DNA of 64,000 nucleotides from Paraspadella gotoi (taxonomy: Eukaryota; Animalia; Chaetognatha): contig JBJCIZ010000744.1 of NCBI GenBank assembly GCA_051294375.1, positions 1,292,262 to 1,356,261 on the forward strand, read 5' to 3'. Both the position numbers and the translations under genes were made by a program. Shown here one piece after another: positions 1-10,782 of this stretch (its first letter is position 1; every line of letters begins with the position of its first letter). The notes beneath the pieces are model-generated. The model had not been told where the DNA came from and did no database searches. It saw only the letters and a program-made list of their open reading frames with translations.

Positions 1-40
1 TTATTAATTTAATCAATGTCACACATCTTTTTCCATTCAC

Positions 41-925
41 CATCGGCGTCACGATCAATTTGACGAAGATGAGAAACGAAGGAAGAAGAAGATTGGCGAA
101 AGTAAAAGAGGCGCGAATTTGACCCGCGATGGAAACGCCGAGAAGAAAGAGCGCCGCGCCGGGGTAGGCGTCGCCGAGAGTCTCGAGGACGAAGGTGACG
201 AAGAGGGGCACGCGTCCGCTGAAGGAAGCGTTGCCCACGATGCCCAAGAGAGTCATGAAGACGATCGGGTTGGAGAAGACGCCGACGATAACTCGCGAGA
301 TGGCGCGACAGGCGGAGAAGCGGCGCGGCGGAGCAGCGTCGGCGCCGGAGGTCGCGTCGTCCGGCGGCGTCGGCGTCGAGCGACGCTTGTCCCATTCGAG
401 GAGGAAAAACGCCAATGGATTGAGAACGACGAGGGAGATTGGCGCCAAGAGGTAGACGTACTTGACGAGATCCTCGCGCTGCACGAAGACGGCTCGGAGG
501 ATCGGCAGACCCAGAGCGAAGTCATTGGACTGCGTGGCGAAGACGGCGGCGAGGCCGGCGAGCGACGCGGCGGCGGAGACGCGGCGCAGGTGGACGAGCA
601 GCGTGAGGATCAGCGTCGCCAGGAAGATGGCGGATTTGGAGAAGAGGACGGCGCCGAGGAATCGCCAATCGACGGAGCCGAAATCCAGGCGACACATTTC
701 TCTGAAGAGCAGCGCGGGAAGGGCGAAGGTGCCGACGAAGCGGCCGAGACCCGCGGCGCCGTCTCGGGTGACGAGGCGCCATTTTCCGGCGCAGTAGCCG
801 AGGAAGATGACGAGGAAACATTGGACGAGGGCGCGGAAGAGGGAGGAAGAGGAGGTGGGAGGTGGGGAAGTCATGTTCGGGTCCCGGAGGGGGTTGGGGG
901 GTTGGAGGTTATGTTCGGTGGACAT
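41..925 (-). CDS. GPR155: GPR155/LYCHOS-like lysosomal membrane protein, first coding exon (PIN/auxin-efflux-carrier-like transporter domain); gene continues beyond the left edge
   Basis: Manual minus-strand translation from ATG at 925: MSTEHNLQPPNPLRDPNMTSPPPTSSSLFRALVQCFLVIFLGYCAGKWRLVTRDGAAGLGRFVGTFALPALLFREMCRLDFGSVDWRFL...VFATQSNDFALGLPILRAVF...YVYLLAPISLVVLNPLAFFLLEW...SNPIVFMTLLGI...KLIVTPM. This matches recalled GPR155 motifs FALPALLF, FATQSNDFALG, APISL..LNP and NPIVFM. Putative donor ATG|GTGAAT at 41/40. The frame has no stop inside the window, which is why the ORF track lacks it. Confidence 0.93.
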
Positions 926-1125
926 CCGACCTCATTTTTTGTATTTCTAGTTTCTACCTGGAAAAAAGAAAGAAAAAAATAAAGAAAAAAATAAAGAAAA
1001 AGAAAGAAAATAAAAAGAAAATAAAAAGAAAATAAAAAGAAAGAAAAAAATAAAGAAAACGCGAGATGGGATTGAAGTGATGTAATTAAATCGCGGGTGA
1101 TATCATTTAAGCAGACGGGGATTTC

Positions 1126-1164
1126 AATTCTTTGGATGCGTGGGTTCGAATCCCACAACTGCCA
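1126..1164 (+). pseudogene. tRNA-Leu-like 3' half (variable arm, T-arm, acceptor strand); not a complete tRNA
   Basis: GCGTGGGTTCGAATCCCACAACTGCCA contains a B box with a paired T-stem, like the 3' end of eukaryotic tRNA-Leu. No recognisable D-arm or 5' acceptor strand upstream. Confidence 0.55.
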
Positions 1165-3680
1165 CCGCATTTAAGTAAGAAGACGGGGATTTCAGGATGA
1201 AACCAAAGTGGAATTTTGTTATCACAAAATAGACAAGAGAAGACTGTGTCAATTTTCGGATAAAGTGAATCAAAGCAGAAACAGAAGCTATTTATAAAGG
1301 GCAAGTGGACGAAGCCAGTTTTCTCGTTCTGGAACCTTCTTTTCCTCTTCCGTCAAGTAATGTTCCTCTTTCTGACTTGGCTTTCAAAATCCCGTTCGAA
1401 ATCATTCTAGAATTCTCTTCCTTAATAATATATAAGTAAAAATAAGTATACAAGTAATCTTCAATTTTTCATATATGACACAATGAAAAATTAACGTGGA
1501 CGAAACGTTCTCGTGCTGATTTTGTCCCGTTAAAATTGTTTCTGAGCCAAAAAATTATGATCATTACTTTTGGTAATAATGTGCGATATACACTACTAGA
1601 CATTACTGTATCTGAACCATAACCCTTGACCATCAACAAAAAAGCTAACTTGATCAAAAATAGTAAAAAAGATAAGCAATATAGCTCGAAACGCTTACAA
1701 AAAATTTAGACCATTGCTTTTATAAATGCAAAAAAAATATTAATATTATTAAAACAAACTTTAACAATAAACTAAATTTACCGAGACCAAGATGAATATT
1801 TTTTACCCATCATTTCCTCAATTTATATGAATCATTTGTTTGTAATTAGTCAATTAATCTAAATAACAATATGACAAATTCATTTAATTTTCTTTATGAA
1901 TGGGAAGTTTTCTCTGCTACTCCCTTGTGTCTAATTATTTATTTTTAAAGGTATTTTCAAAAAACCTTATTAATTACTATATTTTTCACTTTTTTTCAAT
2001 TCTTTCAAACAAACAACATCATAAAAACATTTTAAATTAATAAAAAAAAAATTGATTGAATGATTTTGGAAAAAAATTTTTGAAACTTGAAGAATAATGG
2101 ATTATGAGTCAGGAAAAAATTTTGCAATTCTAAAAAATCAGCTTCTAGCCTTTCGATTTTTCTAGAGGCTGATTTTTTTATTTTTTGATATTTGATTTTC
2201 TATGCAAAACCATTATTCTCAATGAGCATAGGTCGGACGAAATTTTTTACCAACAATTTGAAAAAATTCAACTTTTATAATTAGGCTTTTTGGGGAAATA
2301 AATAAATAAATTATTATATTATGGGTACATCTAAAAGTGATATGTCTCAAAATGACAAAAAAATTTTCTTCAAGTTTTATTTTGAAATATAAGTATTGTA
2401 CCAATAGAAATACGTGAGATACTCCCGCTTTGCCGAAATTTTATTTAACAAAGATTTGTACTGCGTAATTTTAAAAAAATATTTTTTAAATAACTTTTGA
2501 AAGAAAACAGGTAGCAAGGTGGTGTGGTACAAATTAAAGCCCTAATCATGGACACCTTTCTAAAAGAGTTTTATTAAATTAAATCCATAAATATTTACAC
2601 AGCTTTTGTTTAAATCAGAGTTAAAGTATAACAGTTTTTTGCTTTAAAAATTTCAATGAAGACATATAAAATTGTTTCTTTTTCTTTTGTAATTTGAAAA
2701 AGGAAAGACTGAATTACATTTTGTTTTATTATAAATTTTTTTTATTCCATAAAATTGCTTATATTTTTCAGTTAAAGTAAAAAACAAGCAAAAATTTATG
2801 TTGTAGCTTGATAAAATATTTTTTTTAAATATTAAAAATGATAAAAACAAAAATGTTTTCAGCTTGATATAAACAGTATGGACATCTACCTTCTTGTCTG
2901 TAAAAAAAAATCGTCATTTTTCATTATCTTAACTACAAACTAAAAGCTTGACACACTGCTTGTTTATCATATAAAGTTGTCAAAAATTATATAGCTGGTA
3001 ACATATTTGACAAAGCAAAACATCATTGGTGTTAAATTGTTTTAATATTTTTTTTTAAATATAGAAGGAATTTAATTCTATATTTATCATCCATTTTAAT
3101 TAAGAAAAATATTTTTCGTATAGCCCATTGGAAGGGTTCATTGACTGACTTAATGATGAAATTTTTTAGATTTCTTTTACTGCCCCCATTTCACAAGATA
3201 TAAAAAGGTCATGGTTATCATGCAATAAGTGCAGATTATCTGTACCCTTTCTAACTGCATTCCAATTTTCTTTTTTTCCCTTTCAAATGTATTATAAAAA
3301 AAATTATTTGAGAGAAACAATCGGCGTGGAGGATGCCATTGGTAAGCCTTAGTTACCCCACTCCCGATCGAATTTTAAATGGTTTTTTTTCCATCTATTT
3401 GAGACATAACACTAACTATTGTACTATTATTTTTTTTTTTTTTTTCTATTACAGTTTATGAATGAAATAAATAAGTAAATTTTTAACAAAATTTATCATC
3501 TTTACCCTATAATCAGTCATATCTAAAAAACAAAAAAAAAATTTTGCATTGATATTTTGGATATCAACATATGAAACTATAACGTTTCAAAAAATAAAAG
3601 AATATAATATTATTGAACAGTGAATTTTTTTATGCACGGAACAGTAACGTTACGCTATTTTCATTGTGTCATATAATATA

Positions 3681-3858
3681 AAATTGGTACAACCAATATA
3701 AAAATTATCCATTCATTTAATAAATAAGCTATCTTGCCCCTGACTTTGGACAGGCTTTGGTGGTTTAAGGCCTCCATCACTCTTACAAGAAAATGACATA
3801 GCAGGTCCCTGCAAGCTTTCAATCAAGACTCTCTCACAGTCCCGTTTATTCACTCCCA
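3681..3858 (-). mobile_element. Interspersed repeat family B (L2/CR1-tail-like SINE or LINE 3' end), copy 1
   Basis: AAATTGGTACAACCAATATAAAAATTATCCATTCATTTAATAAATAAGCTATCTTGCCCCTGACTTTGGACAGGCTTTGGTGGTTTAAGGCCTCCATCA recurs nearly identically at 26478-26666 and 26751-26858, and inverted at 30311-30388, where it ends in (AATG)n, a tail typical of L2-type elements. Confidence 0.75.
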
Positions 3859-4567
3859 GAGTACCTGGCTTCCCTATCATGAAGTGGAAATATCAAAAAA
3901 TTTTTCAATTGTATGAAATGTATATAATAATATAATCATTTTCTCTATTTCCGCGTTTTATTCATCTGGGATGATCCGTTCAATGTCTATTTTGAGAAAG
4001 AGATATTGAAAGGATGAGTTTTCGGCCGGAGCTTGCGTTCCCTCTAAAACGCTTTCGTCTTTTGAACAATTAACAATTTACGATAAAAGAAATTTAAGAA
4101 GATCCCGCAATAACAACGAATACGTTTGTTCAATGTTCAAAGAAACTTTTTTCTTCGACAACAAATCAAACCCTTAAATGAACGGAATCACTGACATTCA
4201 CTGAGAAGTGTGAAAGCGTAAAGTGACACTTATGTAGTTTTTCATGTATTTATTCATATTTACACATATGATGAAGGCAGAAGTTTTTTTTTTCCTTTGG
4301 CAAGTGAAGATCAAAAACAAATTCAATGTCACTTATCACTCTTCTTTTTTTCTTAAATCGTGAAGAAATTCGTAAATTCTCAACAACAATATTTAAATGT
4401 ACCTAAATCCGATCAAGTTGGTACATAAAGAGACGAAAGAAAGGGAGAGAGAAACGGTGCTATATTCACACGAGAACTAAATAAATATACTGGAGGACAA
4501 CCGACGAGTTCAACAGCCTTCATTTCGCACAAAGACTCCAGTCAACAAAAACGTCTAAATAATACAT

Positions 4568-4756
4568 TATGGCAAAAGGAGGATTGCCTGTGATACCCGG
4601 GCGCGAGATCTATCACCAACTGACGGAGGGGCTGCGGGCACTCAGTGACCGCCTCCTGTCACTGGCATAAACCGGCTCCGTCACATTTAAGCCAGAACCG
4701 GTATATCCAGGGATTGAACCTGGGACGCACGGTTGAAACAAGATTTAGCCTGATCA
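4568..4756 (-). mobile_element. tRNA-derived SINE family A, copy 1
   Basis: The reverse complement aligns with 20349-20562 (shared GTGACCGCCTCCTGTCACTGGCAT, CACATTTAAGCCAGAACCGG, CAGGGATTGAACC). B box GGTTCAATCCC on the minus strand. Confidence 0.8.
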
Positions 4757-4929
4757 CTAAAAGAGAAAGAAAAAAGAGCAAAAGATTAAGAGAGAAAATA
4801 TAAGTATTATTTGCCTGCTTGACCACTTTGGCTGTCAGCGGGCTTTATTTTACTTTGTTTCTGACACACTTTCTGTTTTACCCCAAGAAAATCATGATGA
4901 AACTAATTCCGAATTCAATATCAAACCCA

Positions 4930-7327
4930 ATGCGAACAACAGCGACAACGCCGCTTCTCTCTCTCTTAATTTCCAGCGTCCTCGCCTGCGTCGTCGCGGC
5001 GCCCGGCGACGCTGTCGTCGTCCGCATGCCAGACGTGCGACCGACTAAACCCGACACGTACCTCTGTTTCGGTTACAAAGTATGGGACGAGCCGCTTCAA
5101 GTGGTCGGGTACGAACCTTTGGCGCGGATGAACACGGCTCATCATATGCTGCTTTACTCGTGCGCGGAGCCGGCGAGAAAGGAAGGAGTTTGGAACTGCG
5201 GAGAGATGAGCGTAGGCGGAGGTTTGATCTTTTATTTTAATACATTAAATAATTATCAATTAATTGTACTAACTGTAACAAATAATTGCAAAGTTAAATT
5301 ATTAGTCTAGCTTAGATAAAAATTACAAGATAGTTCTTATTAATTCTAAAGTCTGAAACAACATTTGAGCAATACGATAATTTAAGTAATTAATATATCT
5401 GAGTAATATGATAATTTAAGTAATTATTATAATATATATATATATATCTCCTAAAATATACCCCCCCCTCACAAGCCGACAACCACGTCCCATCCGTTGG
5501 TGTTTGCGACTCGGGCACCAAACTCATCTACGCGTGGGCGATGGACGCGACCTCTCTGCGACTTCCGCCCGACGTCGCCTTTAAGATCTCTGCCGGCGAC
5601 ACCCTCGTGCTGCAGGTTCACTACAACGACGTCTCCAAGTTTGTCAAGGGGTTAGTTTTCTATAAAGTGTGTCTGTTTGATTGACGACAACTAATCATTG
5701 AGATCTGAACAACAATTTTTGGATCGGCAATATTCAAAATCACGCAAACCATTATTTACACTTTAATTATTAGCAATAAACTTTAAAGCAAAGGCTGTCG
5801 ACATTGTTGATATTCCTGTCTGTTGAGATTAATTGTTCAAAACACGAATTTATGATCAACAATGGCAAAGAATAACGAGATAAACAGAACAAACAACTTA
5901 AAAGAAACGAACAACTTTGAAAATCCTCTTAACTGTGAAAGGAATAGAAAGAGAGAAACTTTTGAGGGTCGCAACATTCAATAAATTTATAAAACTATTT
6001 CATGAAGGCTTTTCCAGACGCTCAAAACTAAATTCATTATTCACTCCCAACTCCATCCCTTTTTAACCCCCAATCTCACATTTCCACAGGAATAGAACCG
6101 ACAGTTCAGGGATCAGACTTTTAACCAGTTTTTGGCCTCTTCCTAAATCTGCCGCGGTCTACTTAGCCGGGACGGGCGGGAAAATCCCCAAGCGCAGGGT
6201 GACTTATCTAGAGACGGCTTGCAGGATTAAAACTAAGAAAGAGGTGCACCACGATGACAATTATTAGAAACTAACACGAGTAATTATTAATAATTCATAA
6301 AATCATTATGATTATTATAAAAATTATCAATCTTAAGATGCACCCCTTTGCCGTCCGCACTCACACGCACAAACTTGGACGCGTTGTGGCCGGGTACCGC
6401 GTGCGCGACGCTGACTGGACCGAGATCGGGCGCGGAAATCCACGGCGCCCGCAGACGTTCTACCCGACATCCGCGGCGCCCGAGGAGCTAGCGCTGCGGG
6501 ACGGCGACTATTTGGCCGCGCGGTGCACGATGTTCAATAGACACAACAGGGATGTGGCCATCGGGTGAGCAATCTTTAGATTTAATAATAATTAAATTGT
6601 TAGGAATGCCCAATTCATCAATTATTTTAATTTTCAGCGCAACCGCAGATGACGAAATGTGCAACTTTTACACGATGTACTGGATGGACGGAGATGTGGA
6701 AGACCCCGACATGCAATGTTGGAGCAAGTAGGTTTTTGACTCAAAAGTTTGCTAAGAATATAATGTAATATATACATAATAATAACAAGGAATCTAGCCA
6801 AAGAAGTTCAGAAGCATATCGAGAATGCTTCGTAGCAAGGAACAGGGAATAAAGCGGTAACCTTCAATGAATTTGTCTTTTATATCACAGCGGTTATCCA
6901 AAGTGGGACTGGCGAAAAATTCCTGCTCTCTATTCAGACCGCAAGGCTCCTATCACTGCGAGCGTTCAACCGCCTTTGGAAAAGGGTGAGGAGAAAGAAT
7001 AATTGATTAAGATTCGTTTTACGACCAATCATGACAAATGGAAAGAACAATATAATTTGTCAAGGATGCCTCGCACGAAATAGTAGGAATATAACAAAAT
7101 TTAGTTTTAATTTTTATTAACCCTCCTTGCCCACTTAAGACGAAGAAGAAGTAGTCAGAGATGACCCATACCCCGAAGATGCCGCGGTCGGCGGCGTTCT
7201 CTCCGAGGACGACCCCAGATTCGTCGTCGCCGTCGCCGGCGGAGGGCGCCGTTATCTGGACGAAAAATCGCGCGCCTTAGCCGCCATCGAGGCGAAGATA
7301 GAGAGGCGTCGAAATGGGAGACTTTGA
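4930..7327 (+). CDS. PHM: Peptidylglycine alpha-hydroxylating monooxygenase, monofunctional (no PAL domain), 7 exons, ~406 aa
   Basis: Exons 4930-5221, 5476-5650, 6090-6243, 6338-6564, 6638-6727, 6891-6985, 7140-7327; all GT-AG and phase-consistent (1221 nt). Signal peptide MRTTATTPLLSLLISSVLACVVAA. Motifs DTYLC, AHHMLLYSC (CuH His pair), IYAWAMDA, VLQVHY, RTHTHKLG (CuM) and DEMCNFYTMY (Met ligand). Confidence 0.95.
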
Positions 7328-8271
7328 GACGGCGTCTTCGGCGTCGTTGTTGTTGTTGTGTCAAATTTAATAAATGCAATTAAAAAAAAACAAAGTTTCT
7401 TCTTTTTGTGTGTGTACCTTTGTTTGTGTGTCAGTCAGAAGAAAATGTAAAGAGTAGTACCGTCTGTACTACAGAAAGGGCAAAGAATGATGATTAGGAA
7501 TATGATAACTGATCGATTGGACATACGGGAAGGTTAAATCTTAAATTAAGAAAAGATTAATGAATATAATCAAATTTCATATTGACTTAAAGGAGGGATA
7601 TATATATAACTACTTCTTGTCAAGGTAGAAAGTCAAAAAGCCAGAGATGCGGGATGTAAACTTCATCAAAAATTAATGACGATTTCTAAAAAAGTAAAAA
7701 AAAATGTCATTTCATAACTAGAGATAAAAATTATATTGCATAACTAGAGATAAAACGATAATTGCAAAGTGGTCAACATGAACATATCACAGACATGTTT
7801 GAGCATGATCGATCTGGTCACAACTATAGATTAAGTTCTATATTAGCCATAGCCGATGAAATTTAAATGATAGATTATTTTAACGTTGTATTCATTAGCA
7901 TGAGCATAGATTATAGTATTAAAATATTTTTTTCGGAGGGTACTAGCCTAATTAAAATTATTATATTACTATATAAAGCAAAAAAAAAAATTTTTTGAAA
8001 TCTTAAAATTTTTTAATGGATTCTGATAAAGCATAAAAAGTTAAACAAGAAATATAATTACAGCTTTTAAAAATTCTTACGTTTTCTTCGTAAAAATTTT
8101 AAAAAACTAATAAAATCATCAAAAGATGATGATGATGACGATTTTTTATGGTTTTTCTTATTTTTGACCTACTTATCATAAAAATATTTAAAAAAGAATT
8201 ATACTTTGTTACTTTTTTACTTTTTTACGAGCTATCTGAATCTGGTCTTAAAATTTAAAATTTCAAAAAAA

Positions 8272-8445
8272 AATTTTTGACCTTTCCTATCTATAAATAA
8301 ATATTAAAAAATTAAATACTAGGGTATAGAGCCATATAAGAAATTTTTTGTCCATTGAAAGTATTCTTAAAAATGTATAAATTTTCGTTTGAGCTTGTAC
8401 TCACTCTAAATTTTTGACTCACCCCATTGAGCGCGGCTACCCCTA
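8272..8445. repeat. Interspersed repeat family C, copy 1 (DNA-transposon-like AT-rich segment)
   Basis: TACTAGGGTATAGAGCCATAT...TTTTTTGTCCATTGAAAGTATTCTT...TGTACTCACTCTAAATTTTTGACTCAC is repeated in the same orientation at 28947-29120. Confidence 0.75.
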
Positions 8446-8685
8446 TCTATATGAGCGATTTTTAAATAAAATTTTGATGTATGATCGAATAACGAGAGAT
8501 AAAAAAGACACGCATAACTAGAGAAAAGTGTTATTAAATAACTAGAGATAAAAATGTCATCGCATAACAATTAACTGTAGATAAACAATAATCGCAAATT
8601 AACCAAATTGAAGAAGTTAAGTCTGGTCACAATTATACATACAGAAACGTACGATTCTCAAACGAAATTTCTATAGGGATACTAC

Positions 8686-10290
8686 CTATTCGGATTTTAT
8701 GGATTTTAATTTTGAACCCCAGACTTCGCAATCGGGGCTTCTTTTTTTCCTATCCAACCTCATAACCCTCCTTCTCAGACGCGAGAGAATCTGCGGATCC
8801 GTCTTCCAAAACATCGACGTAGACAAAAAAGCATTCCTCGTCAAAATTCTCAATTTTTCCCGCGGAAAGATCAAAGTCAAGGAGCGGTAAAAGTCCGGAA
8901 AGCTCCCGACGGAGCAGAGCAGCGGAGAGCGGTCGTCCCCCGCGACTCGGCGACGTGTGCCGATGAGCGGCTCGAAGGATTCGTGAGCCAGGGTGCTGTG
9001 AGCTTGAGGCAGCTCGATTTGGTCCACGCAGATGACCCATTCCTCGAGACTGGGGATCAAGGCCAAACGCTCCGCCAGTCGAAGGTAGTAAGTCGCCGAA
9101 TGTTCGCCGAAATATTGAAACTTGCGGAGCCGACATGCCGATCCGTAGGTACTCAAGGTTTCAAAAAAATCCAGCAACTCGTCCGGCCTGTAGATGGTCA
9201 ACATCATCAGAGCCAATCTCTCCGCCACCAGCATCTTTTCCTTCAAAGCGTCCGACAGTTGGTAAATGAGCAACACCTCCAATCCGTAGACTGGAACGCA
9301 GCTCGGAACGTGATTTTCAAAACCCCACGAGGATCGAATCAAGAAAGAGATTTTCGTGTCCGGTCGAGCCTCGAGAAGCGCCGTCCAAGGTTCTTCGCTT
9401 AAAGTAATCGAGGGGAAAAAGTACGACGTCGAATGAACGATGAGATGTTCGAGTCGCGGAAGGGCCGAGCTCAATTTGACCAAGCAATCGCCATCTCCTT
9501 CCATGTTGCTCGATATACTCAACTGTTCCAGACGAGGGAGTTTGAGTTTGGGAATCCAATTTCCATGAATGCCACTATGGCAGAAATATAAGAGGTCCAG
9601 CCTCTTTAAATGGGACCCGAGGCGTCGGCGGAGAGTATACCAAAGCATCTCGTAGTCCCGATCCCGGATTGGTACGCCCGAGTATAGGTGAATCAAGGAG
9701 AGTTGTTCGAGTTTGAAGCTTCTCCGACGCTCGAGGACTTTGTCGTCCCGAGGAGAGGATTTCGAAGACAAGAATCGAACCATCTCGTCATCGTCGCGAT
9801 GCGTCTTCTCCAAGAAAGCGTCGAGAGTAAGGAAGAGTTTATCGTTGGTAAAAAAGACTTCCACCCCGTTCCACTCGAAATCCCACTTGGCAGGATGAAA
9901 CGCCCCCTTATTTTCCGACCCGGCGAGGGTCATCGACTTTAAAACGCTCCGGTCGCAGGCTTTGGCCGAGGAGTTGAGAATTTTGATGACCCTCTCGAGG
10001 TCGGTCACGTTGAAGATGGACAAGTGACGGGCGGAGGCGCCGTGGCGCCGGAGGAGATAAGCGTGGCGAGAGGCGTTGGAATCGTCGAGGTAGAGGGCGC
10101 GGGAAAAGCCGTAGGCGCGGAAGACGTCGTGCCAGGAGGAGCAGACGCCCGCGGAAGCGACGAGAGAGTCGAAGTCGAGATAAGAGAAGATTTGAAGAAG
10201 GAGTTCCTCCGGGATGTGGTTCCATTTCGACGGCGGCGTGAAGAATGCGGCGCCGAACGATTTGGAGGAGGAGGCGATGGGCTCAGTCAT
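8686..10290 (-). CDS. Single-exon F-box protein with leucine-rich-repeat-like C-terminal region, ~534 aa
   Basis: Uninterrupted ORF. Likely start MTEPIASS at 10290, because the ORF-track extension upstream is AT-rich UTR. F-box motif IPEELLLQIFSYLDFDSLVASAGVCSSWHDV; LRR-like segments LKRLDLL, LPRLEQLSIS and LPRLEHLIV. Confidence 0.85.
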   Translation of the reverse strand: MTEPIASSSKSFGAAFFTPPSKWNHIPEELLLQIFSYLDFDSLVASAGVCSSWHDVFRAYGFSRALYLDDSNASRHAYLLRRHGASARHLSIFNVTDLERVIKILNSSAKACDRSVLKSMTLAGSENKGAFHPAKWDFEWNGVEVFFTNDKLFLTLDAFLEKTHRDDDEMVRFLSSKSSPRDDKVLERRRSFKLEQLSLIHLYSGVPIRDRDYEMLWYTLRRRLGSHLKRLDLLYFCHSGIHGNWIPKLKLPRLEQLSISSNMEGDGDCLVKLSSALPRLEHLIVHSTSYFFPSITLSEEPWTALLEARPDTKISFLIRSSWGFENHVPSCVPVYGLEVLLIYQLSDALKEKMLVAERLALMMLTIYRPDELLDFFETLSTYGSACRLRKFQYFGEHSATYYLRLAERLALIPSLEEWVICVDQIELPQAHSTLAHESFEPLIGTRRRVAGDDRSPLLCSVGSFPDFYRSLTLIFPREKLRILTRNAFLSTSMFWKTDPQILSRLRRRVMRLDRKKRSPDCEVWGSKLKSIKSE

Positions 10291-10606
10291 TTTGTGATAA
10301 TGTTTTTTATTTTTTTTATTCCGAGAAGTTCGCGTAAACTTATAAATACATAGGCAAAGACGACTAGGTATAACGACGAACAAACACTAAGGGAGAAAAG
10401 CTCCGGATTTCATCTCCTTCCGTGCTTCACTTTTTTTTTCGAAAAAAAAGTTTTCCCCGAGAATTTAATGAATTTTGTTAAATAATTATTCAAATCTGTT
10501 TTAAAATAAAGAAAAAAAAAAGAAAGTTAAATCAACGGATTCACAGTCAGAGCGTGAAAACAATAAACAATAAAACAAAAATGGTGGACGGAAAAAGAAT
10601 ATTTTC

Positions 10607-10612
10607 TTTATT
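10607..10612 (-). terminator. Probable RRM2 polyadenylation signal AATAAA with downstream GU/U-rich element
   Basis: Minus-strand AATAAA ~160 nt after the RRM2 stop, followed by TTTTGTTTTATTGTTTATTGTTTT (10557-10580). Confidence 0.55.
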
Positions 10613-10683
10613 TTCGTCCGCGAATCCGCGAAAATAAACGAGGAAATGAAAGTTGAAATGAGATTGAGGATTGTCATGGAAGG

Positions 10684-10782
10684 AAAGTCCGGGGTCCCTA
10701 GGGGACGGTCGTCAAAAGTCCGGGGTCCCTCGGGGACGGTCGTCAAACGTCCGGGGTCCCTCGGGGACGGTCGTCAAAAGTC
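10684..10782 (-). repeat. 31-bp tandem repeat (3.2 copies) starting at the RRM2 stop codon
   Basis: mRNA-sense unit TGACGACCGTCCCCGAGGGACCCCGGACTTT; units at 10746-10776, 10715-10745 and 10684-10714. Confidence 0.95.

Noticed and set aside
119-982. 287-aa plus-strand acidic ORF
   Set aside because: Antisense shadow of the GPR155 exon in the same codon register.
8983-10353. Plus-strand ORFs over the F-box gene
   Set aside because: Antisense shadows with no recognisable motifs.
10684-10782. Short direct repeats resembling a CRISPR array (also 20765-20875, 39520-39850, 59630-59822)
   Set aside because: Head-to-tail tandem units without unique spacers, no cas genes, eukaryotic context.
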